DNA from: Pseudomonadota bacterium
GTDB taxonomy: Bacteria; Bdellovibrionota_B; Oligoflexia; Oligoflexales; CAIYRB01
Assembly (NCBI GenBank): GCA_031416315.1
Contig: JANOTL010000223.1
Coordinates: forward strand, 9,877-73,876
Direction of reading: 5' to 3'
Length of the DNA stretch: 64,000 bases
The first letter of the stretch is position 1, and each line of letters begins with the position of its first letter. Shown piece by piece: positions 8,556 to 18,041 of this stretch. The notes under the pieces were generated by a model, which did no database searches, was not told where the DNA came from, and was given only the letters and a program-made list of their open reading frames with translations. Position numbers and translations under genes: made by a program.

Positions 8556-9758
8556 ATGAGCCAACAACAGAACTTGCCCGCCAAGATTCTGATCGTCGAT
8601 GACGACCCCTCCGTGGGCCAGTCGCTCGACGAGCCGCTCGTGCGTTACGGCGTGAAGATCGACAAAGCGCCGGCGCTCGAGACCGCGCTCTACATGTTCA
8701 ACACGAACCGCTACGACGTCGTCCTGGTCGAGATCGAGTTCGCGCCGCTCGCCGGCCTCGCGTTGATCCAGAAGTGGCGGAGCCACGACACCCTCGAAAA
8801 GCGCTCGACCGCCTTCATCATGCTGAGCGGCAACAAGACCCTAGGCACCAACGAAGGCCTGATCCGCGAGCTCGGTGACCTCGAGGTGCTGGTGAAGCCC
8901 TTCGGCGCCATCCAGCTCCTCCCGTATCTAAGCCGCGCGCTCGCGACCAAGAAAAGAACGCAGGCGTACTTCGACCTCAAGACGAAGATCCTCGACTATT
9001 ACGAGAAATCGAAGGACTTCGACAAGGCCGCCGAGCAGGTCCAGAAGCGGCTCGGAGACCTTGGTCCGAAGGGCTTTCACATGCTCTACGACCTCTACGA
9101 GAAGGCAGGCCGGTTCAACGACGCGCTCGCGGTGATTAACCCTTTGCTCGACCGCGACCCGAACAACATCGCCCTCCTGAACGCCAAGGCGCGCGTGCTC
9201 ATGCGCCTCGGCAAGCTCCAGGACGCGCGGACCTGCCTCGAGAAGGCCGACGAGCTCGCGCCGCAGAACATCGACCGTCTGAACAGCATGGCCGACGCTT
9301 ACCTGAAGCTGAAAGATGCTTCCGGCACGGTGAAGACCTTCAAGAAGCTGCTGGACCTCTCGCCCGAGCAGCCGGATCTGAAGTTCGACATGTACTCGCG
9401 CCTCTACGAGAACGGCTTCGACAACGAGGCGGCGGCGTTCGGCAAAGAGACGGCGAAGCCGATGGAGATCGTTCGCCACTACAACAACAAGGGCGTCATG
9501 CTGTCGAAAGACGGCAAAATCGACGAGGCCCTCACCGAGTACCAGCGCGCCTTGCGCTTCTTCCCGAAGTTCAAAGAGAACTACCGCATCCACTTCAACA
9601 TCGCGCTCGCCAACTTGGCGCTGAAGACGCGTGAAGGCCTGGATGCCGCGCACAAGAACCTCAAGACTTGCCTCGAGCTCGCGCCCGAGTTCGACAAAGC
9701 GCTCCGGACCTTGGAAACCATTGAGAAATCGCTGACGACCAAGAAAAAGGTGTCGTGA
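8556..9758 (+). CDS. Atypical receiver domain + TPR repeat protein
   Basis: ILIVDDD...FIMLSG...KPF receiver fold with Glu at the phospho-Asp position; multiple TPR-like repeats. Confidence 0.85.
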   Translation: MSQQQNLPAKILIVDDDPSVGQSLDEPLVRYGVKIDKAPALETALYMFNTNRYDVVLVEIEFAPLAGLALIQKWRSHDTLEKRSTAFIMLSGNKTLGTNEGLIRELGDLEVLVKPFGAIQLLPYLSRALATKKRTQAYFDLKTKILDYYEKSKDFDKAAEQVQKRLGDLGPKGFHMLYDLYEKAGRFNDALAVINPLLDRDPNNIALLNAKARVLMRLGKLQDARTCLEKADELAPQNIDRLNSMADAYLKLKDASGTVKTFKKLLDLSPEQPDLKFDMYSRLYENGFDNEAAAFGKETAKPMEIVRHYNNKGVMLSKDGKIDEALTEYQRALRFFPKFKENYRIHFNIALANLALKTREGLDAAHKNLKTCLELAPEFDKALRTLETIEKSLTTKKKVS

Positions 9759-10456
9759 CCGCCATGCGCATGGACGACTCCTTCGCTGCGGTCGACTTCG
9801 CCTCCGATCCGGAAGGCGAGGACTTCGGCGAGGAGGCCGGCGGCGGCGGCGCGAGGGTCGGCCGCGGGCCGCTCGTGGCCGGCGCCCTCGCCGTCCTGGC
9901 GCTCGGCCTCTTCCTCGCGCGCGACGCCTTCCGGCCGATGGCCGCGCGCATGGCGATCGCCGCGCCGCATGAATACCTCGAGGACGAGCAGCGCTTGAGC
10001 TTCGCGCCGTGCAAGGCGACGGACCAGGATCTGGCGAAGATCGCGGCCTACTACCCGCACGCGAAAGAGGTGGTGCTCACCGGCTGCGCGGCGATCGGCC
10101 CTTCGGGCCTCAGGGGCTTGGCCCGGCTGAAGAAGCTCGAGACGCTCCGGTTCGACGGCACCAAAGGATTGGCCCCGAAGGGCTTGGCTTTCCTCGCCAA
10201 GAGCCCCGCGTTGAAGGACCTGTCGTTGCGGGGCGTGAAAATCGGAGACTCTGGCGCCCGCGCGCTCAAGGGCGCGCGCAAGCTCGAGCGCTTGGACATC
10301 TCCGGCACGAACATCACGGAGGCCGGAATGCTGAGCTTGGCCGGCCTCCCGAAGCTCAAGACCCTGGTCGTCGATCCCGCCTTCGCGAAGGCGAACGTTT
10401 TGGTCGAGATCAAAAAACAGCGCCCCGCCCTGGCGCTTTCGCTCCCCGGCCGCTGA
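9755..10456 (+). CDS. Membrane-anchored leucine-rich-repeat protein
   Basis: One TM helix then LxxLxxLxLxGxxI repeats (LERLDISGTNITEAG); GTGA overlap with the upstream stop. Confidence 0.75.
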   Translation: MTAMRMDDSFAAVDFASDPEGEDFGEEAGGGGARVGRGPLVAGALAVLALGLFLARDAFRPMAARMAIAAPHEYLEDEQRLSFAPCKATDQDLAKIAAYYPHAKEVVLTGCAAIGPSGLRGLARLKKLETLRFDGTKGLAPKGLAFLAKSPALKDLSLRGVKIGDSGARALKGARKLERLDISGTNITEAGMLSLAGLPKLKTLVVDPAFAKANVLVEIKKQRPALALSLPGR

Positions 10457-10460
10457 GGTC

Positions 10461-10488
10461 TTGACAGGCTCGCTCCCGAATATACTCT
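10461..10488 (+). promoter_or_regulatory. Putative sigma70 promoter of the ABC operon
   Basis: TTGACA at 10461 with TATACT/TACTCT at 10481-10488 (spacer 14-16 nt); GGGAGG RBS before GTG 10523. Confidence 0.45.
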
Positions 10489-10522
10489 GAGCTTAAACAC
10501 TCGAGTTTATGGGAGGCGGGCC

Positions 10523-11443
10523 GTGATCCACGTCCAGTCCCTGACCAAGGAATTTTCTGGTTTCCGCGCAGTCGATCAGCTGAGCTTCGAGGTCCCGCAA
10601 GGCCAGATTCTGGGCTTTCTCGGGCCGAACGGCGCCGGGAAGTCGACGACGATGAAGATGCTCACCGGCTTCGTCGAGCCGAGCTCCGGCACGGCGCTCG
10701 TCGGCGGCAAGGACATCCGCACCGCCTCGCTCGAGGTGCGGCGCCTCATCGGCTACCTGCCCGAGAGCGCGCCCTCGTACGGCGAGATGACCGTCGTCGA
10801 GTTCCTGCGCTTCATCGCCGAGATGCGCGGCAAGCGCGGCGCCGCGCGCGAGTCCGCCGCCGCGGCGATGCGCGAGACCTGCGCTCTGGAAAGCGTCTGG
10901 ACGCAGCCGATCGAGACCTTGTCGAAAGGCTATCGCCAGCGCGTCGGCTTCGCTCAGGCCTTGATCCACGACCCGGCCATCCTGATCCTCGACGAGCCCA
11001 CCGACGGCTTGGACCCGAATCAAAAGCATCAGGTGCGCGAGCTCATCCGCCGGATGGGCGCGGCGAAGACCATCATCTTGTCGACGCACATCCTCGAAGA
11101 GGTCGAGGCGGTGTGCCAGCGCGCCATCATCATCGCCAAAGGCAGGATCGTCGCCGACGCGACGCCGGCCGATTTGATGCGCCAGTCGTCGAGCTACAAC
11201 GCCGTCACCATGCGGGTCGCCACGCGCGACGTCGAAAGGGCGCGCGAGCTGCTCGGCCGCCTGAGCGCCGTCGAGCGCGTCGAGGAGCTCACGATTCCCG
11301 GGGCGATCCGCGTCTTCCCGCGCTCGGGGCAATCCATCGCCGCCAGCGTCTCGGAGCTGACCCGGGCGCAGAATCTTCCGGTGGAGCAGATCCAAGTCGA
11401 GCCCGGAAGGCTGGACGAAGTCTTCAGAAAGGTGACCCACTGA
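10523..11443 (+). CDS. ABC transporter ATP-binding protein (GldA-like)
   Basis: GPNGAGKST, LSKGYRQR, ILDEPT and STH motifs. Confidence 0.92.
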   Translation: MIHVQSLTKEFSGFRAVDQLSFEVPQGQILGFLGPNGAGKSTTMKMLTGFVEPSSGTALVGGKDIRTASLEVRRLIGYLPESAPSYGEMTVVEFLRFIAEMRGKRGAARESAAAAMRETCALESVWTQPIETLSKGYRQRVGFAQALIHDPAILILDEPTDGLDPNQKHQVRELIRRMGAAKTIILSTHILEEVEAVCQRAIIIAKGRIVADATPADLMRQSSSYNAVTMRVATRDVERARELLGRLSAVERVEELTIPGAIRVFPRSGQSIAASVSELTRAQNLPVEQIQVEPGRLDEVFRKVTH

Positions 11444-12186
11444 TGGCTGCCATGTCGCAATTCACCCCCTTGTTCAAGCGCGAGTTCCTGGCATATTTCC
11501 GCTCGCCCGTGGCCTACGTCTTCATCGTCATCTTCCTGCTCGCCGCGGTGGGCTCGACCTTTTTCCTCGGCCGACTCTACGAAGGCAACCAGGCGGACCT
11601 CGACTCCTTCTTCATGTATCTGCCGTGGCTCTACCTGATCTTCGTCCCGGCTGTCGGCATGCGGCTCTGGGCCGAGGAGCGGCGCTCGGGGACGATCGAG
11701 CTCCTCTTCACCCTGCCGGTGACGATGGCCGAGGCGGTCCTCGCGAAGTTCGCGGCCGGCTGGGCCTTCCTCGTGACGGCCCTGGCCCTGACGTTTCCGC
11801 TCGCGATCACGGTCAACTATCTCGGCAGCCCCGACAACGGCGTGATCCTCGCCGGCTACCTCGGCAGCGCCTTGATGGCCGGCGCCTACCTCGCGATCTC
11901 GTGCTTCACCTCGGCCTTGACCAAGAATCAGGTCGTCGGCTTCATCCTCGGCGTCGTCATCTGCTTCGTCCTCGTCCTCGTCGGCTGGGGCGTCTTCACC
12001 AACGTCCTGGCGCAGTTCCTGCCGGCGGCGGCGATCGACGCGATCGCCTCGGTCGGCTTCATGAGCCACTGGAGCGGCATCAGCCGCGGCCTGATCGACA
12101 CCCGGGATCTCATCTACTTCGCCTCGGCGATCTTCGTCGGCCTGGCCTTGAACACCTTGGTCCTCACCTTGAAGAAAGCGAGCTGA
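11443..12186 (+). CDS. ABC-2 permease (GldF-like)
   Basis: FKREFLAYFRSPVAY and MRLWAEERRSGTIELL motifs; TGATG overlap with the upstream gene. Confidence 0.9.
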   Translation: MAAMSQFTPLFKREFLAYFRSPVAYVFIVIFLLAAVGSTFFLGRLYEGNQADLDSFFMYLPWLYLIFVPAVGMRLWAEERRSGTIELLFTLPVTMAEAVLAKFAAGWAFLVTALALTFPLAITVNYLGSPDNGVILAGYLGSALMAGAYLAISCFTSALTKNQVVGFILGVVICFVLVLVGWGVFTNVLAQFLPAAAIDAIASVGFMSHWSGISRGLIDTRDLIYFASAIFVGLALNTLVLTLKKAS

Positions 12187-12189
12187 GGC

Positions 12190-14079
12190 ATGCTGAAAAA
12201 GCTCACCACCACCGGCTCCGGCCTGGCAATGCTGGCGCTCGTCGTCCTCGCCGTCAACATCATCGCCTCGCGGCTCTCGACGCGCGTCGACGTGACGAGC
12301 GAGAAAGTCTTCAGCCTGTCGGAAGGCACCGAGAAGATCCTGGAGAAGCTCGACTCGGAGGTCACCGCCAAGCTCTATTTTTCGCGCTCCCTGAAGGAGC
12401 TCCCAGTCGTCGTGAAGACGTACGCGACGCGCGTCGAGGAAGTGCTGACCGAGTATGCGGCCAGGAGCGGCGGCAAGCTCAAGCTCGAAACTCTCGATCC
12501 GAAGCCCGACACCGACGACGAGGAATGGGCGCAGCGCTACGGCATCAACGCGGCGCGCCTGCCTTCGGGTGAGTCGATGTTCTTCGGCATCGTCTTTCAG
12601 CAAGGCGCGAAAGAGGTCGTGATCCCTTACCTCGACCCTAGGCGCGAGGAGCTCCTCGAGTACGATCTGTCGGAGGCTCTGGTCTCCGTCTTCCGGAAGG
12701 AGACGGCGAAGATCGCGATCGCGAGCTCGCTCCCCGTCATGGGCGGCGGCGGCGCGCAAGCCATGGGCGGCGGCGAGGGGCCGTGGGTCTTCGTCACCGA
12801 CCTCAAGCGCAACTTCGACGTGCAGGAGCTTCTGCCCAGCACCCGGGAGATCGCCCCCGAGATTCAGGTCGTCGTGCTGATCCACCCCAAAAATCTGGAT
12901 GAAACGACGCTCTATGCCGTCGATCAGTTCGTCCTGCGCGGCGGCCGCCTGATCGCGATCGTCGATCCCTTGTCGCGCGTCGACCTGATGATGGCGAGTG
13001 CCATGCAGCGCGGGCAGATGCCGGACGCCAGCTCAGACTTAGCGAAGCTCTTCGGCGCCTGGGGCCTCGAGTACGACAAGGCGAAGCTCGTCGGCGACGC
13101 CACGATGGCGACGCGCATCAACGCCGGCGGCGCCGAGCTCAGCTATCCGTTCTTCATGAGCGTCGGCGAGACGGCGTTCAACGCCCAGTCGGTGATCGCC
13201 GGCAAGCTCCGCCAAATGCTACTCGGTGAGCCGGGGTCGATCGCCCTCAAGGCCGGGACGACGGGCGTTACGCTCGAGCCCTTGATCACGACGACGAAAG
13301 AGAGCGGCACGGCGCAGGCCATGCTCGCCGGCATCATGGGCCCGCAAGACGTGATGCGGGAGATGAAGCTCGACGGTCAAGAGCGTGTGCTCGCCGGACT
13401 GCTGAAGGGCAAGTTGAAGGGCGCCTTCGCCGCAGCGCCTGCCGACGCGCCCCCGCCGGAAGGCGGAAGCGGCGCCCCGCCGCCGCGACAGCTGCCGCAT
13501 CTCGCCGAATCCGCTGGTGAATCGACCGTCCTGGTCATCGCCGACACCGATTTTCTCTTCGACGGCAACGCGGTCGAGAAGTTTCCGTTCGGGAACCAGA
13601 TGATGGTGCGCATGCGGAACGACAACTTGAGCTTCTTGTCGAACGCGGTCGACTTCCTCGGCGGCAGCCAAGACTTGATCTCGATCCGCTCGCGCGGCCG
13701 GATCGCCCGCCCCTTCACCCGGGTGGCGGCGCTGCAAGCGTCGGCGCAGAAGCGCTGGCAGGCGGAGGAAGAGCGCCTGACCAAGGAGCTCACCGATCTG
13801 CAAGGAAAGCTCAACGACCTGCAGAAGCAGCGTACCGACGGCAACCGCTTCGTCCTCACCGCGGAGCAGCAGAAGAAGATCGACGATTTCCGCGAGCAGG
13901 AGCGCGCGGTGAAGAAGGCGCGTCGCGACGTGCGCCGCAATTTGCGCGAGGACATCGAGCGCCTCGGCAATCGCCTCGTCGCCTTGAACATGCTGGTCGT
14001 CCCGTTCGCCTGCACCGTCTTCGGCGCCGTCGTCTTCGCGCGCCGCGGGCGGCGCCGGAAGGAGGTGTCCCGTGGCTAA
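12190..14079 (+). CDS. GldG-family ABC auxiliary component
   Basis: RVDVTSEKVFSLSEGT, LEYDLS, DQFVLRGG and DNLSFLSNAVDFL motifs; C-terminal coiled coil and TM helix. Confidence 0.85.
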   Translation: MLKKLTTTGSGLAMLALVVLAVNIIASRLSTRVDVTSEKVFSLSEGTEKILEKLDSEVTAKLYFSRSLKELPVVVKTYATRVEEVLTEYAARSGGKLKLETLDPKPDTDDEEWAQRYGINAARLPSGESMFFGIVFQQGAKEVVIPYLDPRREELLEYDLSEALVSVFRKETAKIAIASSLPVMGGGGAQAMGGGEGPWVFVTDLKRNFDVQELLPSTREIAPEIQVVVLIHPKNLDETTLYAVDQFVLRGGRLIAIVDPLSRVDLMMASAMQRGQMPDASSDLAKLFGAWGLEYDKAKLVGDATMATRINAGGAELSYPFFMSVGETAFNAQSVIAGKLRQMLLGEPGSIALKAGTTGVTLEPLITTTKESGTAQAMLAGIMGPQDVMREMKLDGQERVLAGLLKGKLKGAFAAAPADAPPPEGGSGAPPPRQLPHLAESAGESTVLVIADTDFLFDGNAVEKFPFGNQMMVRMRNDNLSFLSNAVDFLGGSQDLISIRSRGRIARPFTRVAALQASAQKRWQAEEERLTKELTDLQGKLNDLQKQRTDGNRFVLTAEQQKKIDDFREQERAVKKARRDVRRNLREDIERLGNRLVALNMLVVPFACTVFGAVVFARRGRRRKEVSRG

Positions 14080-15034
14080 GCAGAAGCTCTGGCTCATCAC
14101 CGCGGTCCTGGTCCTGGCCGCCGGCGCAACCCTCTTGTGGGACCGCAAGAATGCCGGCTCCGGGGGCGAGGCGCGCGTCGGCCGCTATCTGGTCGAGCCG
14201 GGCACCGATCTGGAGCGCATCGACTTGAAGAAGGGCGACAAGACCTTAGCCCTCGTGCGCGACGCGCAAAAGACGTGGCGGCTGGGCGACGCGAACGGTT
14301 TCCCTGCGGACGCGACGCGGGTGGCGCAGCTCGTCGACGCGCTCATGCGGACGAAGATCGACACGGCCGTCGACGCCAAGCCCGAGGCGATGGCCGAGCT
14401 CGGCTTCGGCGACGGCGCCACCACCGTGACCGCGACCGCCGCCGGCAAAGCGCTGCCGCTCGTCACGCTCGCGGGCCCGCGCAAAAACGGCGGCCAGTAC
14501 GTCGGACTCGGCGCGACGGACCGCGCTTTCCTCGTTGCGCTGGCGGTCTCTGCCGAGCCGGATGCGGGGCCGTGGGAGCTCAAGACCCTGCTCGACCTCG
14601 CGAAGGACGAGGTGAAGTCGGTGAGCTTCGGTGGCACGACGCCCGTCACCCTGTCGCGGGAAAAGAAGGAGGACGCGCTCGCCGTCCAGGGACTCGCAGC
14701 GAACGAGAAGGAGAAGCCCGCGGCAAAGGCCGTGGAGACGACGCCGACGGGCTTGGCGTTCACCAAGCGCTACGACAAGTCGAACGAGGAGGCGAAGTCG
14801 GCGCTGGCGACGCCGACCACCGTGACGGTCACGACGTTCGCGGGGAAGACCTATGTCTTCAAAGTCGGCAGCGTCGGCGATGCGACGAAGAAGTGGTTCC
14901 TAAGCATCGAGGGCGACGGCGTCGCGCCGGAGCTGAAGGGCTTGATGGACTCGTGGTGGTTCGAAATCCCCGAGTCGACCGCGCAGCGGTTCACCAAAGG
15001 GCGTCCCGACTTCATCGAGGCATCGGCGGGGTAG
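14072..15034 (+). CDS. DUF4340-like membrane-anchored periplasmic protein
   Basis: N-terminal TM helix; typical fourth gene of GldA/F/G operons (W..FPAD..V..L motif). Confidence 0.7.
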   Translation: MAKQKLWLITAVLVLAAGATLLWDRKNAGSGGEARVGRYLVEPGTDLERIDLKKGDKTLALVRDAQKTWRLGDANGFPADATRVAQLVDALMRTKIDTAVDAKPEAMAELGFGDGATTVTATAAGKALPLVTLAGPRKNGGQYVGLGATDRAFLVALAVSAEPDAGPWELKTLLDLAKDEVKSVSFGGTTPVTLSREKKEDALAVQGLAANEKEKPAAKAVETTPTGLAFTKRYDKSNEEAKSALATPTTVTVTTFAGKTYVFKVGSVGDATKKWFLSIEGDGVAPELKGLMDSWWFEIPESTAQRFTKGRPDFIEASAG

Positions 15035-15215
15035 GGCCCCTTCACGGGCGCGAGGCGCGAGCGCGAAGTGCGTGCGGTGTCGCAGGCCCGCGGTTCTTTG
15101 CTGCCGTAGACCTCGTCGTGTGCATTGGCTTATCGCTTGTGCGTGCGCTTGCGCCCCACCCTATGGGTAGCCCGTTTCCCTTCACGTATTCTTCGAGGTC
15201 CGCCTATGCGACAGC

Positions 15216-15677
15216 TCAGCCACGAGAAGGCGCCATCTCGCAGTCAACCACTTCCGCATCCCCTTCGCCTTCGCCCGCCATCGCCTTCGCCGTGAAGACG
15301 CCAGGACGGAGCTTCCCGTCCGTGGCTTGCGACGAGATCGAGAGGGTGTGCGAGCCAAAGTCCCAGGCTTTGCCGCCGTGGTCGGCCTTCACTTGCTCTC
15401 CGCGCAGGTACACCGTCGGCATGTCGTCGCCGTCGCCGTCCGGTCCCTTGTAGCGCTCGAACTCGAGCTCGGCGCCAGGACCGCCGCTCGGGGCGTTGCG
15501 CGCGACGAGACGGATGGCGCCGTAGTAGCCGCCGGCCGTGCAGTTGGCCGCGACGATGAAGCCTGCGGTCGGCCCTTGGGCGCCGCCGGCGTCAGTGTTT
15601 TGCACGCGCGAGACCGGCGAGGTCGTCCGGCATGCGGTCGCGAGGAGGACAAAGGTCACGAAGGCTACATGGCGCAT
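15216..15677 (-). CDS. Hypothetical lipoprotein
   Basis: MRHVAFVTFVLLATA-C lipobox. Confidence 0.65.
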   Translation of the reverse strand: MRHVAFVTFVLLATACRTTSPVSRVQNTDAGGAQGPTAGFIVAANCTAGGYYGAIRLVARNAPSGGPGAELEFERYKGPDGDGDDMPTVYLRGEQVKADHGGKAWDFGSHTLSISSQATDGKLRPGVFTAKAMAGEGEGDAEVVDCEMAPSRG

Positions 15678-15697
15678 GCTAAGGTCCTTCACTGGGA

Positions 15698-16987
15698 TCA
15701 TGAAGCGATTCTATCCGCGACGCGGGGTCCGTGCAGCCAGAAAGTCCGAAGCCCGCCCCGGCCCTTGATCTCGATGATGCCCCGATCCTCCAGGACGAAG
15801 TCGTGGGGCGCCAAGTCCTCGAGCGCGAGAGCCGTCGCCTCCGCCACCTGCACAAGGCCGGCCTCGCCGTGCGATTCCATGCGGCTCGCGAGGTTCACCG
15901 TGTCGCCCCAGAGGTCGTAGATGAACTTGCGCTGGCCGATGACGCCGGCGACCACCGGGCCGGTATTGACGCCGATGCGCAGGTCGAGCGTCGTCCCGTT
16001 CGAGGCGTTGAACGTGAGGACCACGTCCTGCATCGCGAGCGCCATGCGCGCGATCCGCAGCGCGTGGTCGGTCGTCCGATCCGGCAGGCCGGCGCAGGCC
16101 ATATAGGCGTCACCGATCGTCTTGATCTTCTCGACCCCGAAATGCTCGGCCAGGGCGTCGAAGCGCGAGAAGATGCCGTTCAGGAGCTCGACGATTTGTT
16201 GCGGCCCCGTCGACAGGGCGAGCGGCGTGAAGTTCACCAGGTCGGCGAACATCACGGTGACGTTCTCGTAGTGGTCGGCGATCGTGCCCGGCGTCGCGCG
16301 CAACCGGTCCGCCACTTGGCGCGGCAGGATGTTGAGGAGAAGTTCTTCCGACTTCGCATGCGCCGCCGCCAGCTCGATCCCCCGTTGGAAGTCGATGCGG
16401 AACACGGCTTCGAGCCGGAAAGACACGATGCCGCCGACGATGTGGGAGATGATGAAGAAGTTCACCAAGGTCACGAGCGCGTGCGTGCCGATGAAGCCGG
16501 TGGCTGCAGACACCGTGACGACGATCGCGGTGTAAGCCAAGGCGGCGCCGGCCGCGTAGACGTAGCGCAGGCGCAGGCACGTGTAGAAGACGATCGTGAA
16601 CAGGACGGTGGCCTGGCGTTGGAACACCGCGGCGACGCCCGGCGCATAGAGAACGAGGAGCACGTCGGTGATGCCGAAGTTCATCACCGTGAGGATCGCC
16701 GTCGACCACTGGTAGCGCTTCTCTGCGCGCGGAAAGTAGGTCTGGACGAAGGTAAAGGCGAGCATCGGGATCGTGAAGAAGAAGATGATCCGGCTGCGGA
16801 TGGCGTCCATTTCGCCGAACGCGATGAGGTCGGTGATCAGCAACAAGAGGTAGCCGCAGATGCCGATGACCGCGATCGCGCGCAGGAGTCCTAGGGAGCG
16901 GCGGTTGTGGCGCTCGCGGAAGCGGGCCTCGAGCTCCGGCGGGAAGGGCTCGATGAATTTCCAGGTGGTCTTGAGTCGCGAGAACAT
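15698..16987 (-). CDS. Membrane-bound class III adenylate/guanylate cyclase
   Basis: About 6 TM helices; SEELLLNILP, FADLVNFT, EKIKTIGDAYM and YDLWGDTVNLASRMES motifs. Start uncertain (16987-17101). Confidence 0.92.
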   Translation of the reverse strand: MFSRLKTTWKFIEPFPPELEARFRERHNRRSLGLLRAIAVIGICGYLLLLITDLIAFGEMDAIRSRIIFFFTIPMLAFTFVQTYFPRAEKRYQWSTAILTVMNFGITDVLLVLYAPGVAAVFQRQATVLFTIVFYTCLRLRYVYAAGAALAYTAIVVTVSAATGFIGTHALVTLVNFFIISHIVGGIVSFRLEAVFRIDFQRGIELAAAHAKSEELLLNILPRQVADRLRATPGTIADHYENVTVMFADLVNFTPLALSTGPQQIVELLNGIFSRFDALAEHFGVEKIKTIGDAYMACAGLPDRTTDHALRIARMALAMQDVVLTFNASNGTTLDLRIGVNTGPVVAGVIGQRKFIYDLWGDTVNLASRMESHGEAGLVQVAEATALALEDLAPHDFVLEDRGIIEIKGRGGLRTFWLHGPRVADRIAS

Positions 16988-17072
16988 GCGGGCGGGAAGG
17001 CCTCCGCTCTGTTCATCGGTCCGCGCTCTGCGCTCTTGAGATGCGGGCGGCGATCCCGGCCGCACCATTGCG

Positions 17073-17633
17073 CTAGTTGGCGGGCTTTGCCGGTTTGCCA
17101 AGCGCCAGGAAGGCGCCGATCAAGTCTTCGTGCGCCGGTGATTTCACTTTCCCGGGGTTGGCGTAGTGGAAGCGGCGGTCGATTCCCTTGCCCTTGGTCG
17201 CGCGGACGAAGTCGAAGACGAGCTGGTCGAAAGCCAGCACGTTGATCGACGCGAGCTCAGCCCCCGCCAGGGCGAGCGGCCGGATCGTCTCCCATTCGCT
17301 CGCGGTGAGCGGCCGCTCGGGCTCGGCCTTCACCCGGCCGGCGGGAACGTGGACGAGGCGGGCGCCGCCGGCGTCGACGAAGATCATGAACTGTCCGGCG
17401 TCGGCCCAGCCGCCCTCGCTGAAAAGGCCGTAGCCGACCTCGGCTTTCGGGTCGGCGGCGAAGAGCTTCTCGAAGTCCTTCTGCCAGGCGGTCGCGACCT
17501 GTGCGGCGGGCACAGCTTCGGCGCTCCCGCCTTGGGCCGTGTCCTTCGCCGAGTCCTTCGTTTCAGGGCCTAAGCCCGTGATGCAGCCGCAGGCGGCGCA
17601 AAGCGCCATGAGGGCGAATAAAGCGCATCTCAT
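17073..17633 (-). CDS. Hypothetical lipoprotein
   Basis: MRCALFALMALCAACG-C signal; starts immediately after the upstream stop. Confidence 0.6.
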   Translation of the reverse strand: MRCALFALMALCAACGCITGLGPETKDSAKDTAQGGSAEAVPAAQVATAWQKDFEKLFAADPKAEVGYGLFSEGGWADAGQFMIFVDAGGARLVHVPAGRVKAEPERPLTASEWETIRPLALAGAELASINVLAFDQLVFDFVRATKGKGIDRRFHYANPGKVKSPAHEDLIGAFLALGKPAKPAN

Positions 17634-17634
17634 T

Positions 17635-17958
17635 TCAGTTCCCGTCGCAGAATTTGATCGACTTGATCGTGCGCGGGAGGCCCGGGCTCTCGATCGCGAG
17701 GTCGGCGTAGCGGAATTTCTTGCCGTAGGCACCCTTCGCGTACTCCAAGGAGGTCTGCAGCCGGCAGTCCTCCTTCATCGTCTGGCGGTTGCGCGCGCAG
17801 ACGGGGATCATCCCAGGGTCGACCTTCTCCATCATCCCGGGCTCGGCCTCGAGCACCCAGACGCAGTTCTTTCGGCCTTCCGGGTCGCAGCCCCCCATGA
17901 GGAGGCCGGCGCCGGCAAGGAGCGCTACCGAGGCGAGGTGCTGCAGAAACCTTGGCAA
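17635..17958 (-). CDS. Small Cys-containing lipoprotein
   Basis: Lipobox LMGG-C; four further Cys residues. Confidence 0.6.
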   Translation of the reverse strand: MPRFLQHLASVALLAGAGLLMGGCDPEGRKNCVWVLEAEPGMMEKVDPGMIPVCARNRQTMKEDCRLQTSLEYAKGAYGKKFRYADLAIESPGLPRTIKSIKFCDGN

Positions 17959-18041
17959 GCTTGGACCCGTCCTGGTACGAATTGAGTTTCTTGCGGCTAT
18001 TCTATTCTGGCGGCCCGCATCCGGTAAAGGACGGCTCTTCC

